Origin: an uncultured Bacilli bacterium | Lineage (GTDB): Bacteria; Bacillota_I; Bacilli_A; RF39; UBA660 | DNA: 64,000 bases | Assembly (NCBI GenBank): GCA_910588025.1 | Contig: CAJUQG010000003.1 | Coordinates: 8,114-72,113, forward strand | Direction: 5' to 3' | In this document: positions 8,796-19,096 of the stretch, in pieces | How positions within the stretch are numbered: the stretch's first letter is position 1 | Layout of the letters: each line of letters begins with the position of its first letter | Made by a program: the position numbers and the translations under genes | Notes under the pieces: generated by a model | Told to the model about the DNA's origin: nothing | The model's database searches: none | Seen by the model: only the letters and a program-made list of their open reading frames with translations

Positions 8796-9806
8796 TTAAG
8801 GCTCTGACACCATTTGATATAGGTTATTTTTGGGAAAAACAATTTCCATTTTGGTATAGCAATCTTTTTCTGAGAAAATATGTAATTGTAAGCCCAAACG
8901 ATCTGCTAATTTCTTAGATAAGTACAACCCCATACCAGTCGCATTTTTTTGACCACGATTGGAACCAGTAAAGCCTTTTTCAAAAACTCTTTTTAAATCA
9001 CTTTGGCTAATGCCTATGCCATTATCTTTTATTGTTAAAATAATATTATGAGCATTATCGGTACTAAATATTTCAATTTCTTTTTTCTTTTTTTGGCAAT
9101 ATTTCATAGAATTTTGAATGATTTGAGAAAGAATAAATCCAAGCCATTTTTCATCGGTGAAAACAATATTTTCTAAATCATGAATGTTTAAGGATATTTT
9201 TTGATGAAGGAGATATTCTTTATATTCTAAAAGAACCTTATGAACCACATTACTTAGAGAAAGACGTCTGATGAAATAATCATGTTCTGTGGTATCACTT
9301 CTTGCATAATAAAGAATTTGTTCAATTAAATTATTGATTTTTTGAATTTCTGCTTTCAGTTCATAGTTTTTTTGATTATCATAAACTAAGGAAAGAGCGG
9401 AAATCGGTGTTTTAATCTCATGAACAAAAGATTCAATATACTCTTGATACTCTTGTTTTTCCGATTCTAAACTGCTTATTTTATCGTTCATTGATTTACA
9501 AGCAATTTTTAAAGCTTGGTAATAAGCTTGATTTTCGAAATTTTTAGATTTTGGTAAGACTTCAAATATCAAATATTTTTCTTCTAAATCATTACATAAA
9601 TTCTCAATTTTTTTATTTTTTTGACGAAGTCTTACATATTCAAAACTAAGAAATAGTATAAGAAAGAAGAAAAGAAACCCGTCTAGATAAAGAATTAAAG
9701 TCCAAGGAATTTCTAGTGATTTTAATAACATAGAAAGAAGAAGGAGAAGAAAAGTTTGATAAACGATGAAAGTTGTTTTCTCTTCTAAAAAGTCGATAAA
9801 TTTCAT
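8796..9806 (-). CDS. BceS-type intramembrane-sensing histidine kinase
   Basis: Two N-terminal TM helices with no extracellular domain, H-box HEIKTPISAL, HATPase N/G boxes (DNGIGI, GTGMGL); 4-nt overlap with the response regulator. Confidence 0.85.
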   Translation of the reverse strand: MKFIDFLEEKTTFIVYQTFLLLLLSMLLKSLEIPWTLILYLDGFLFFFLILFLSFEYVRLRQKNKKIENLCNDLEEKYLIFEVLPKSKNFENQAYYQALKIACKSMNDKISSLESEKQEYQEYIESFVHEIKTPISALSLVYDNQKNYELKAEIQKINNLIEQILYYARSDTTEHDYFIRRLSLSNVVHKVLLEYKEYLLHQKISLNIHDLENIVFTDEKWLGFILSQIIQNSMKYCQKKKKEIEIFSTDNAHNIILTIKDNGIGISQSDLKRVFEKGFTGSNRGQKNATGMGLYLSKKLADRLGLQLHIFSEKDCYTKMEIVFPKNNLYQMVSEP

Positions 9807-10462
9807 AAGATATATCCTTTCTTTCGTATCGTTTTTATTAAGTCATTTGCTCCTATTTCACTCGCCTTTTTACGAAGTCGATTCATATTTACCATTAAGA
9901 TAGTTTCATCTAAGTAATATTTATCGTTCCATAAATATTCTAATAATTCTTCTTTGGAAATAATACGATTAGCATTTAAGAAGAAATAATAAAGAATGCG
10001 AAATTCATTTCTTGTTAATTCTACTTGTTTGCCTTGATAACTTAATATAGATAAATGAAGATCTAGAGAATAACCATTTTTCGTTAAATATTTATAATTT
10101 TCAGGATTATTTTGTTTTAAAGCCCGTTTTATTTTTTCTAATAGAATCATTTTATTATAAGGTTTGGCAATAAAATCAATACCTCCCACCTCAATACTTT
10201 TTAATTCGTCGGCATCTGTTACTCGACTTGTTACAAAGATAATGGGAACTTGGCGTAATTTATGGATTTTTTTACAAATTTCATAACCATTTGTATGAGG
10301 TAAATTTACATCTAGCAAAATTAAATCTAAATCTTGCTTTGTTAGATGTTCTGATATATTGGTAAAGTCTTGAATTATTACTGTTTGATATCCTTGGGCT
10401 TCTAATAATTTTGCAAGTTCGGTACGAATTTTTAAATCATCTTCAATAATAGCAATTTTCAT
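9803..10462 (-). CDS. OmpR-family response regulator (BceR-like)
   Basis: Receiver domain (LILLDVNLP, D phosphorylation site, KPY) plus winged-helix C-terminal domain. Confidence 0.88.
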   Translation of the reverse strand: MKIAIIEDDLKIRTELAKLLEAQGYQTVIIQDFTNISEHLTKQDLDLILLDVNLPHTNGYEICKKIHKLRQVPIIFVTSRVTDADELKSIEVGGIDFIAKPYNKMILLEKIKRALKQNNPENYKYLTKNGYSLDLHLSILSYQGKQVELTRNEFRILYYFFLNANRIISKEELLEYLWNDKYYLDETILMVNMNRLRKKASEIGANDLIKTIRKKGYIL

Positions 10463-10496
10463 AATCTCACCTTTTTTAGTATAACAAAATTTTCAA

Positions 10497-12467
10497 TTAT
10501 TCTTCGATGTTTTTTTTGTAACCAAAATATGTGGTTATTAAATAAAGACTATAAATAGCTAAAAATAAGAGGAAAGAAGCTAAGAAGTAATGAAAGTATT
10601 CGTTATTGCTAGTAAGAACAATTTGAAAAAGTTTATTCATAGAATGAATGGTTGTAAAACTTACTAAACAAGGGATTATTAGTGGAAAAAGAAAGAATAA
10701 TAAAAGTTGTTTACGAATGGACTTATAACAGTCACTTTCTTTATATCCTAGGCGTTTTAAAACGGTATAACGATATTTGTATTCACAAGATTCACTCAAA
10801 GCAAGAATCGCTAAAATCGTCCCAACAACGGCAGTAAAAATAAAAGCGATGTAAAAACAAATAAATGATGTAATCGTCATGAAACTTTTATTATTCGCTT
10901 CTTCTTTTCCTTTGACAGCAATTTTAGAAGAGGTATAACAAATATAATAATTATCTTCTAAGCGACAATTCTCAGAATCTTCCATGCTCGCTAAAGTTTC
11001 AGCAAATTGTTCCTTTGTTTTTTCTAAAGTATTTACAGTCAAAAAAGTATCTATAATAATTTCTTCGACATATTCATCTTTTAAAACAGCAAAATAGGAA
11101 AAACCTGTTATGTTATAATCGAAGCCTTGATTGGTTATCTCTTTTAATGTTAGAAAAGTTCCCTTTTTCGTTTCAAAAGAAGTCATATTGCTTTCTTTTA
11201 TTTTCTCACAAGCTTCTTTAGAACAATTAATGAGATATTCATCATCTCTTAATTCAAGAGGTTTTTCATTTTTTAAAGCCATTAATTTATTATAATCACT
11301 TAGTTTTATGACGATATCTTGTTGATGCCATAAATAAACATCATTTTCTAATTTTTTACGAATATTATTTTGAGAATCTTGATAGCTGTGATGAATATAT
11401 TGATCTTTAATCGTATAATCTTCTTCTATTTTAGCAAGATATTTTGCTACATTTTCTGTATTTATTACATTAATACTTATATCATAAGGAGCATTTTGTT
11501 TGATTTGATACTCAAACATTCCTTTAAACAGACTAGATATATTTAATGCAACTAGTGTTAAGGTAATTAATACGGTTAGGGTTCCTAGGGTAAAACTCAT
11601 AGTTTTTATTTTGGAAGAAAACAAGCGTACAACAAAGAGATTATCTTGATGATATTTTATTTTTTTAGATTTTAAAACCAGATAAATTAAAATATTTGGA
11701 ATAGTTAAAGTAGTTCCATAAATACTTATTATTATCATTAGAATTGATTGAAAAATTTTGACCATAGATGGTTCTACATTAATACCGGCAAACTGTTTAT
11801 CAAACACAAAGAGTGCATAGAAGCCTATTGCGAGGAAGAAACATAAGAAAAGACAAGAAGTGACGATTGATTGTTTACGGCGTTTTTCATTTTTTCGTTC
11901 TAAGTATAATAAATCATGAATCTTTAATTTTTTAAATCTTTTTCGAAGGAGTAAGAGCACAATAAAATAAATTAGTAGAAAATAAAGAAACGTTAAACCA
12001 AGAGCTCTAATAGTTATATTTATTTTAATGAGTTTAGGTAATTCAAAAATTGTCATCATGATATAAGACATAATCATACTAAATAAGTATCCTAACGGAA
12101 TAGATAACACAAACGAACAACTTCCTAAAATAATGTTTTCTCTAGTAAATAAAGAAGTAATTTGTTTTTTCTTAATTCCTAAAATTAAATAGGTACCAAA
12201 TTCTTTACTACGTTTTTTAAAAATAAATTTGGTCGTGTAATTAATTAAAAAGCAGATGACAAAAATAATTAGTCCATTTACAAAATACATAGAATATTTA
12301 AAATTAACCATCATACTACTTAAATTTAAAACATCTTTTGAAAAACTAATTAAGTTAAAAGCAAAAATAAAGGAAAAGGAAAGCGTAACGGTGATTAAAT
12401 AGATCATATAATCTTTAATACTACGTTTGGCATTTCTTAAAGCTAGTTTATTTAACAAGGTCAACAT
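10497..12467 (-). CDS. BceB-type ABC transporter permease (FtsX family, 10 TM with large extracellular loop)
   Basis: ~656 aa, FtsX-like TM clusters at both ends separated by a ~200-aa hydrophilic domain; ATG at 12467 (ORF-track 12476 is TTG); overlaps the ATPase gene. Confidence 0.85.
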   Translation of the reverse strand: MLTLLNKLALRNAKRSIKDYMIYLITVTLSFSFIFAFNLISFSKDVLNLSSMMVNFKYSMYFVNGLIIFVICFLINYTTKFIFKKRSKEFGTYLILGIKKKQITSLFTRENIILGSCSFVLSIPLGYLFSMIMSYIMMTIFELPKLIKINITIRALGLTFLYFLLIYFIVLLLLRKRFKKLKIHDLLYLERKNEKRRKQSIVTSCLFLCFFLAIGFYALFVFDKQFAGINVEPSMVKIFQSILMIIISIYGTTLTIPNILIYLVLKSKKIKYHQDNLFVVRLFSSKIKTMSFTLGTLTVLITLTLVALNISSLFKGMFEYQIKQNAPYDISINVINTENVAKYLAKIEEDYTIKDQYIHHSYQDSQNNIRKKLENDVYLWHQQDIVIKLSDYNKLMALKNEKPLELRDDEYLINCSKEACEKIKESNMTSFETKKGTFLTLKEITNQGFDYNITGFSYFAVLKDEYVEEIIIDTFLTVNTLEKTKEQFAETLASMEDSENCRLEDNYYICYTSSKIAVKGKEEANNKSFMTITSFICFYIAFIFTAVVGTILAILALSESCEYKYRYTVLKRLGYKESDCYKSIRKQLLLFFLFPLIIPCLVSFTTIHSMNKLFQIVLTSNNEYFHYFLASFLLFLAIYSLYLITTYFGYKKNIEE

Positions 12468-13218
12468 CTCCTCCAAGAAGGGTTAATACATCTAATATTT
12501 CGTGAAAGAATTCTTTTCGCGATTTTTCTCCTTTATAAATTTCAGAAAAAATCTTGCCATCTTTTAGAAACATTACTCTTTTACAAAAACTAGCACTAAA
12601 GGCATCATGTGTAACCATTAAGATGGTAGAATTTAATTCTTGATTCATCAAAGCCATTGTTTCCAGAAGCATTCTTGCAGATTTAGAATCTAGGGCCCCA
12701 GTTGGTTCATCGGCTAAAATAATTTTAGGTTGATTGATTAAGGCTCTTGCACAAGCACAGCGTTGTTTTTGTCCTCCAGAAACTTCATAAGGAAATTTGT
12801 TTAAAATAGATTCAATTCCTAATTTGATTGCTAATTCTTTTACTAAATCTTCAATTTTTTCAGGATTTTCATGATTAATAATAAGTGATAAGGCAATGTT
12901 TTCTTCAATAGTCAAAGTATCTAAAAGATTAAAATCTTGAAAAATAAAGCCTAATTCTTTTCTTCTAAAATCAGCTATTTCACTTTCTTTTAGTGTCGTA
13001 ATATCTTTCTCACCTATTAGTATTTGGCCACTTGTAACCGTATCAATCGTTGCCATACAATTTAATAGTGTTGTTTTACCACTTCCACTTGAACCCATGA
13101 TTGCGACGAATTCTTGCGGTTCTATTTCAAAACTTATGCCATTTACGGCTTTAGTAATCAAGCCACTTTTATCTCCATAATATTTTTTCACATGATTTAA
13201 TTTTAAAATTTGTTCCAT
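12448..13218 (-). CDS. BceA-type ABC transporter ATP-binding protein
   Basis: Walker A GSSGSGKTT, signature LSGGQKQR, Walker B ILADEPTGALD, H-loop. Confidence 0.9.
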   Translation of the reverse strand: MEQILKLNHVKKYYGDKSGLITKAVNGISFEIEPQEFVAIMGSSGSGKTTLLNCMATIDTVTSGQILIGEKDITTLKESEIADFRRKELGFIFQDFNLLDTLTIEENIALSLIINHENPEKIEDLVKELAIKLGIESILNKFPYEVSGGQKQRCACARALINQPKIILADEPTGALDSKSARMLLETMALMNQELNSTILMVTHDAFSASFCKRVMFLKDGKIFSEIYKGEKSRKEFFHEILDVLTLLGGDVDLVK

Positions 13219-13327
13219 AAAAAAATTCCTTTCTGCTACATTATAACAAAGACCACTTTTTTTTATTATTACAATTTTGTTAGGAAAATAATTTAGTTTT
13301 TATGCAAAAAAAAGCAGTGATTTTGTT
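13219..13327 (-). promoter_or_regulatory. candidate bceA promoter/response-regulator binding region
   Basis: Minus strand contains TTGTTATAATG about 20 nt upstream of the bceA RBS/ATG, preceded by short direct repeats (AGTGAAAGTGTAAAAC) that could be an OmpR-type regulator site. Inferred only. Confidence 0.3.
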
Positions 13328-14575
13328 TTACACTTTCACTGTCTTACTTTTGTTTTTTCTTTTTTGTTTCCCAGTTTTTTTTAAGAAATGGAAATAGAGG
13401 AAAAAAGATAAGATTACTAAAATAACGATAATGACCCAATGAATATTTGCCGTAAGATATTTGAAAATATCAAAATGTAACGTTTCATTTAAAATGATAT
13501 CTAGTGTTTTTAACGTTTCCCCTTCTACAATAATTTTTAACGTTCCTAGTTTTGTATTGATAGGAGTATCATAATTCACTTCTTGAATGCCTAAATATTC
13601 TATTTTAATATTTTCCTTGGCATAATTCTTGGGAAGATATTTGGATAAATTAAATTGACTTTTAAAAGATAACTGTGCTTCTTTCGCATAGCGGGTATCC
13701 AAGGTTAATAGTTCTTGTCCGTTTTCTAAAACCGTTTGGGTTTCATAGTGTTCCATAAAATAATCATAAATGGTTTTGGTATCTAAAAAATTGTAAGGAT
13801 TGTTATTTTCTTGAGGAGCACCAGTGGTAATTAGCATATAATTTGAACCATTAGCACTCGCTAAAGATGCTAAACATAATCCAGCATTTTCCGTTGTTCC
13901 TGTCTTTCCGCCAATTAAATAATCCATCGTGAGATGATTTTTTTGTAAGTTTCTCTCTACGGTACTATGAAGAATTTTAGAACCATTACTTACTTGATAA
14001 GAACTTGATGAAATGATTTTTTTAAACTCTTCATTTTGAAGGGCATATTGAAACATTTTAGCGACATCTTTTAAAGAAGAATAATGATTTTCAGCATCTA
14101 AACCGGTCTCATTCACGAAATTTGTTTGTTGTAGCCCTAATGATTTGGCTTTTTCATTCATTTTTAAGACAAAGTTTTCTCTATTACCAGCGACCAATCT
14201 TGTTAAAGCTTGAGCGGCATCAGCACCAGAAGGTAGCATGAGACCATATAATAAATCACGATAAGTCACGACTTCACCAATATAAAAGCCAGTTACAGCA
14301 GCATTAGCTTCTATTAGGCCTTGAAAATCTGATGCTTTTAGTACTACTGTTTCATCTAAGGAAGCGATATTCTCTAATGCTATTATTGAAGTCATGATTT
14401 TGGTTAAAGAAGCAATCGAAGTTTTTTCTTCGGCATTCTTCTCATAAAGAATTTTTTGTTCATCTAAATTGATTAATAAAGCATGAGTTGATTTCAGTTC
14501 AAAGGCATCGGCTTGAACTGAAGATAAGATGAGAAAAAAGAAGCATAAAAATGTAATTAAATAGTTTTTGTTCAT
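13328..14575 (-). CDS. dacA: D-alanyl-D-alanine carboxypeptidase (PBP5/DacA-like, S11)
   Basis: Signal peptide, SxxK (SLTKIMT), SGN-like and KTG (GKTGTT) motifs, C-terminal membrane anchor; ATG at 14575 with GGGTGG RBS (14584 is GTG). Confidence 0.8.
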   Translation of the reverse strand: MNKNYLITFLCFFFLILSSVQADAFELKSTHALLINLDEQKILYEKNAEEKTSIASLTKIMTSIIALENIASLDETVVLKASDFQGLIEANAAVTGFYIGEVVTYRDLLYGLMLPSGADAAQALTRLVAGNRENFVLKMNEKAKSLGLQQTNFVNETGLDAENHYSSLKDVAKMFQYALQNEEFKKIISSSSYQVSNGSKILHSTVERNLQKNHLTMDYLIGGKTGTTENAGLCLASLASANGSNYMLITTGAPQENNNPYNFLDTKTIYDYFMEHYETQTVLENGQELLTLDTRYAKEAQLSFKSQFNLSKYLPKNYAKENIKIEYLGIQEVNYDTPINTKLGTLKIIVEGETLKTLDIILNETLHFDIFKYLTANIHWVIIVILVILSFFLYFHFLKKTGKQKRKNKSKTVKV

Positions 14576-14589
14576 AAGATCCACCCTTT

Positions 14590-15243
14590 TTATTCACTTA
14601 CTTGTTCCAAAGTATCAAATAATAAATTGTATTCTTTTTGAGCGGTATTGATACGAATCTTCTTTATCTCATTTAAAGTCGTGGTTATTTCAATCGTTTC
14701 GTCTCCATTTTGATAATTTAAGGTGCGCATTGTTCCACTAATTGTTTCGGCTGGAATAAAATAATTTAATTTAGTATGAAGATCTTGCAGATTTAAAAAA
14801 GGTTTATCTTCTTCTTCATATAAAAAAGTTATTTCTTCTTCGGAATCAACTAAGATTTGGTAAATATGATTCTCTTCTATCCGATATTTAATAATTCCTA
14901 TTTTTGATTCTCGATACCCCGTATCAATTCCATTGCCCTTTTTTCCTTGAAATAAAATTGTTTCTTTTGTAACTTTATCGGAAACTTGATATTGATATTG
15001 GTAATTAAAAGATAATAAATTTTCCCACATTTCATTGATATTTTTATACTTTTCTTGATCATTGTTTGGTTTTTCATTGATTTGTGGTAAAGTCGTGGTT
15101 TTATTAAACAGATTCATTATCGGAATCATAAGCATGATGAGAAGTAAAAAGGCAACCCATAAGCCAAGTTTTATTATCGCTTTTCCTTTTTTATCATGCC
15201 ACATTTTTTGAATCGTACTTGGATTTTGATTGTTTTTGGCCAT
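14590..15243 (-). CDS. hypothetical single-pass membrane protein
   Basis: ORF-track frame extends to 15369 and overlaps fmt; internal ATG at 15243 (MAKNNQ...) precedes a TM helix and sits just after the fmt stop. No recognisable domain. Confidence 0.55.
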   Translation of the reverse strand: MAKNNQNPSTIQKMWHDKKGKAIIKLGLWVAFLLLIMLMIPIMNLFNKTTTLPQINEKPNNDQEKYKNINEMWENLLSFNYQYQYQVSDKVTKETILFQGKKGNGIDTGYRESKIGIIKYRIEENHIYQILVDSEEEITFLYEEEDKPFLNLQDLHTKLNYFIPAETISGTMRTLNYQNGDETIEITTTLNEIKKIRINTAQKEYNLLFDTLEQVSE

Positions 15244-15248
15244 TTTTA

Positions 15249-16181
15249 TCACTTCACTTTTTGATTTAATATTTTTTCTTTTTTTAAACCGTTTAGAAAA
15301 TCTTTCGAAAACATGACTTTTTTCCCAAAAGGTTTTAATTTTGTGATATATAAAATCCCATCTGCACATGAAATACCTATGGCAGTTTTCGTAACATCAA
15401 CAATTTTGCCAGTTTCCTTTTGGTTCTTTGGAACAAATTCAGCTTCCAGAGCTTTGTATTCTAAATCTTCTAAGTAGAAATTAGCAGTTGGCCATGGATT
15501 TAATCCTCGTATTTGGTTCATTAATTCTAAGCCTTTTTTAGAAAAATCTAAGTGTTCTTCTTCTCTTTTTATATTATAGGCATAAGTTGCTTCTTCGTCT
15601 TTTTGCTTTTCTCTTTTATTAGTTCCCTTTAAAATACTAGGTAAAGTTTCCTTTAATAAATTAGCACCTATTTGGGATAATTTTTCATGTAAAAGACCAA
15701 CATTATCGCTTTCTTCAATTGGGATAGTTTGCTTAGCTACCATATCCCCTGTATCCATTCCAACGTCCATATACATAATCGTAATACCAGTTTCTTTTTC
15801 GCCGTTTATTAACGCTTTATGAATTGGAGCACCTCCACGGTATTTTGGGAGAAGAGAGGCATGAACATTGAAACAAGCAATCGTTGGACAATCTAAGACT
15901 GCACTCGGAATAATTTGACCATATGCACATGTAATAATTAAGTCTGGTTTCACTTTTAAAATTGGTTCGTAATCCACACGAATTTTTTCTGGTTGAAACA
16001 CTTCGATCTTATGCTTTTGTGCTAGTTCTTTGATGGGAGATGGCGTTAAAGTTTGTTTTCTGCCAACTTTTTTATCTGGTTGAGTTACTACCATAGAAAC
16101 TTGATAATTGTTAATTAACATTTCAAGGACAGGTACTGCAAAATCAGGAGTTCCCATAAAAATGATTTTTGGATTTTTCAT
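15249..16181 (-). CDS. fmt: methionyl-tRNA formyltransferase
   Basis: N-terminal IIFMGTPDFAVPVL, formyltransferase motifs (HASLLPKYRGGAPI). Confidence 0.92.
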   Translation of the reverse strand: MKNPKIIFMGTPDFAVPVLEMLINNYQVSMVVTQPDKKVGRKQTLTPSPIKELAQKHKIEVFQPEKIRVDYEPILKVKPDLIITCAYGQIIPSAVLDCPTIACFNVHASLLPKYRGGAPIHKALINGEKETGITIMYMDVGMDTGDMVAKQTIPIEESDNVGLLHEKLSQIGANLLKETLPSILKGTNKREKQKDEEATYAYNIKREEEHLDFSKKGLELMNQIRGLNPWPTANFYLEDLEYKALEAEFVPKNQKETGKIVDVTKTAIGISCADGILYITKLKPFGKKVMFSKDFLNGLKKEKILNQKVK

Positions 16182-16222
16182 TGTATCACCTTTTCTAGAA
16201 TATTTTTATTATATCATAAATA

Positions 16223-18400
16223 TTAATAAGACATGTCAATATCAAGACTTACTTTGTGATTTAATAAAAATAAATCATCTAATTCTTTTAAAGCTGGTTT
16301 TAAGTTTTCATCAAAGCGATATTTAATCATAATTTCAAAATGATAGACATTATTAATACGAAACATATTGGCCGTGGTTGGACCTAAAATAATACTCGTT
16401 TTATTTAATTTTCGTTTTAAAAAATGAGCTACTTTAGCTGATTCATTTTTGGCTTCTTCATAATTCTTGCTTTTCACTTCTAAATGAGCAAGATAATAGT
16501 AAGGCGGATATTTTAATGTTTTGCGAATGTTCATTTCATATTCATAAAATTTTTCAAAATCTTGATTTTTTACACAATTTAAAACATGATTGTCTGGATT
16601 ATAGGTTTCAATGATAACTTCTCCTTTGATGTTTCCTCTACCAGCGCGGCCACTTGCTTGATAAAGGAGTGCAAACGTTTTTTCCCCACTTCGAAAATCA
16701 GGAAGATTTAATGTGATATCGGCACTTACAATTCCAACTAAAGTAACATTTGGAAAATCAAGACCTTTACTAATCATTTGGGTTCCAATTAAAATATCGT
16801 AGTGATGCGCTCGAAATTCTTCTTCAATTTTTTCTAGAGCTCCTTTTTTATTTGTCGTATCAGTATCCATCCGAATGATACGAGCACTCGGGAATTTTTC
16901 TTTCATAGCACTTTCTAATTTTTCTGTACCTAATCCATAATAATTTAGCGCATCTTCATGACAATTTGGACATGCATTTTCTAAAAATTTCGTATATCCG
17001 CAGTAATGACAACGAAGATTTTTGGTCGATTTATGAAATGTTAGTGTAATGTCGCAATATGGACATTTGTAGGTAAATCCACAAGAAGAACAATGAATTG
17101 TAGTAGAATGTCCACGACGATTTAATAAAATCATAATTTGTTCTTTTTTCTTTAAACGATCTTCTATTTTTAATTCTAATAATTCACTCATTATAAAATG
17201 ATGGTTTTTGGCTTCCTTTGCCATATCAACAAGTGTTACTTCTGGCAAAGGATTTTTATGAACGCGATGGTTTAATAAAACGAGCTCATAAAGGCCTTTT
17301 TTTCCTCTTGCGTAAGTTTCTAAACTTGGAGTTGCACTCCCTAAAATAACAGGACAATGATGATATTTCGACCGAAACAAAGCGATATCATGTGCATGGT
17401 ATTTGGGACGATTTTCTTGTTTGTATGAATCCGAATGACATTCGTCAATAATGATGATACCAAGATTTTTTAAAGGAGCAAAAATAGCACTGCGAGCACC
17501 GATTACAATTGATACTTCTTCTCTTTCTATCTTGCGCCATTCATCATATTTTTCACCATCATTTAAACCTGAATGCAATACAGCTATGTTACTTTTAAAA
17601 CGTCTGGCAAAGTTACGGATGAATTGTGGTGTTAAACTAATTTCAGGAACTAAGACAAGTGCTTGCTTTTTTAATTTTTGAATTTCTTCAATGCTTTGCA
17701 TATAAATTTCGGTTTTTCCAGATCCTGTCACACCTTTTAAAAGAATGGTTTTAGATTGGCCAAATGATTGTTTTATTTTTTTTAAAGCCATGGTTTGTTC
17801 TTCGTTTAACGCTTTTTTTAAATCTTGTTCCAATTCTTTTATTTGATAGCGATAGCTTTCTTCTTTGTCTTCTTTTAAAATACCTTTTTTTATTAGTGTA
17901 TTGGTTGAAGAAAGAGAAATCGATTGGGCATCTTTTTTGGATATCACTACTCCACTTTCAAATAATTCTAAAATTTCTTTTTGCGGTTCTTTCTTACATA
18001 ATAAATAAGCTTGATTTAAAGGGATTTGTAAGGAAAGATAGGTTTCATATTTTTTCCCGATTTGTGTTTTTTTTCTGGCTTTTAGTGCAGTGGGAAGCAT
18101 CGTACTGTAGGCACTGCTTAAACTGGAAAGCGTACTCTCTTTGATATAGGCGCCAATTTCTAAAAGTTCGGGATTTAGTATTACTTCTTCATCTATATTT
18201 TTTAGGATTTCTTTTAATTCTAACGAAGTATTTGAATGGTTTTTGATTTCTATGACATAGCCTTCTAATTGTTGTGAAGCAAAGGGAACTAAAACGCGCA
18301 TGCCAATTTTTATTACGTTATTTAAAGATTCAGGAATCAAATAATCAAAAGTTTTATCAACACTTTTCGCTTTTATTTCAAGTAAAACACTCGCTATCAT
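16223..18400 (-). CDS. priA: primosomal protein N' (replication restart helicase)
   Basis: 725 aa; Walker A GVTGSGKTE, DEAH-like DECHSDSYKQ, Cys-rich zinc-binding insert (CSSCG...CPYC...CHYCG...CPNC). Confidence 0.92.
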   Translation of the reverse strand: MIASVLLEIKAKSVDKTFDYLIPESLNNVIKIGMRVLVPFASQQLEGYVIEIKNHSNTSLELKEILKNIDEEVILNPELLEIGAYIKESTLSSLSSAYSTMLPTALKARKKTQIGKKYETYLSLQIPLNQAYLLCKKEPQKEILELFESGVVISKKDAQSISLSSTNTLIKKGILKEDKEESYRYQIKELEQDLKKALNEEQTMALKKIKQSFGQSKTILLKGVTGSGKTEIYMQSIEEIQKLKKQALVLVPEISLTPQFIRNFARRFKSNIAVLHSGLNDGEKYDEWRKIEREEVSIVIGARSAIFAPLKNLGIIIIDECHSDSYKQENRPKYHAHDIALFRSKYHHCPVILGSATPSLETYARGKKGLYELVLLNHRVHKNPLPEVTLVDMAKEAKNHHFIMSELLELKIEDRLKKKEQIMILLNRRGHSTTIHCSSCGFTYKCPYCDITLTFHKSTKNLRCHYCGYTKFLENACPNCHEDALNYYGLGTEKLESAMKEKFPSARIIRMDTDTTNKKGALEKIEEEFRAHHYDILIGTQMISKGLDFPNVTLVGIVSADITLNLPDFRSGEKTFALLYQASGRAGRGNIKGEVIIETYNPDNHVLNCVKNQDFEKFYEYEMNIRKTLKYPPYYYLAHLEVKSKNYEEAKNESAKVAHFLKRKLNKTSIILGPTTANMFRINNVYHFEIMIKYRFDENLKPALKELDDLFLLNHKVSLDIDMSY

Positions 18401-18442
18401 AGATTCACCTTCTTCATAATAACTATATCATATTTTGAAATA

Positions 18443-18925
18443 TTATTTTAAATACTTTAAAATAGTAGACCATTCCTCTATTAATTGTTCTTCTTTTATC
18501 CTACAATTAGCTGGAGAAGTACTGGGTAGGCATATGCTAGATATTTTTGTTAGAGGATAAATGTATTTTTGATAATATTTTTCGGCTGTTTTGCCGTTCG
18601 TAAAAATAGCTTTAATAGGTGATGTATTTAAAATTTTGGTTAAATCATTTGGAATTACATTTTTAATAGAGGCATCACTTGAAGCTTCTATGTCACACGC
18701 AGAAATTACATCCCACAAAGCTATATTGTGCTTTAAAACAAAATTTCTTTTGTCCACTATTGATTCTTGAAATAATTTTGCTAAAATCCCCCAAAAACGA
18801 TTTTGGGGGTGAGCATAATAAAACTTTGCTTCTCTGGATTTTTTACTAGGCATGGATCCTAAAATTAGTATTTGGGAATGTTCGTTGTAAACTGGTTTTA
18901 CATCATCATGGGTAACATGTTCCAT
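18443..18925 (-). CDS. UDG-superfamily DNA glycosylase (Mug/TDG-like; possibly DNA-deoxyinosine glycosylase)
   Basis: 160 aa; ILILGSMPS...YAHPQNRFW resembles the Mug GINPG...HPANRFW core. Confidence 0.55.
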   Translation of the reverse strand: MEHVTHDDVKPVYNEHSQILILGSMPSKKSREAKFYYAHPQNRFWGILAKLFQESIVDKRNFVLKHNIALWDVISACDIEASSDASIKNVIPNDLTKILNTSPIKAIFTNGKTAEKYYQKYIYPLTKISSICLPSTSPANCRIKEEQLIEEWSTILKYLK

Positions 18926-19049
18926 ACTTTTCTCCTTTCATTTTTATTTTCTTACTTTTTAAAAATTTCATTTATTATAAATTAGTTAACATTGAATGTC
19001 AAGAAATTTTAGATACATTTGTTCGTTTTATTAAGAAAAGTTTTTTCAT

Positions 19050-19075
19050 AAAAAAATACTAGAAAATATTTTCTA
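19050..19075 (-). terminator. Rho-independent terminator after the NfeD/SPFH operon
   Basis: Perfect 18-bp palindrome ctagaaaatattttctag followed by a T-run on the minus strand, 20 nt after the SPFH stop. Confidence 0.55.
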
Positions 19076-19096
19076 GCATTCTTTCTTCTTTATTCA

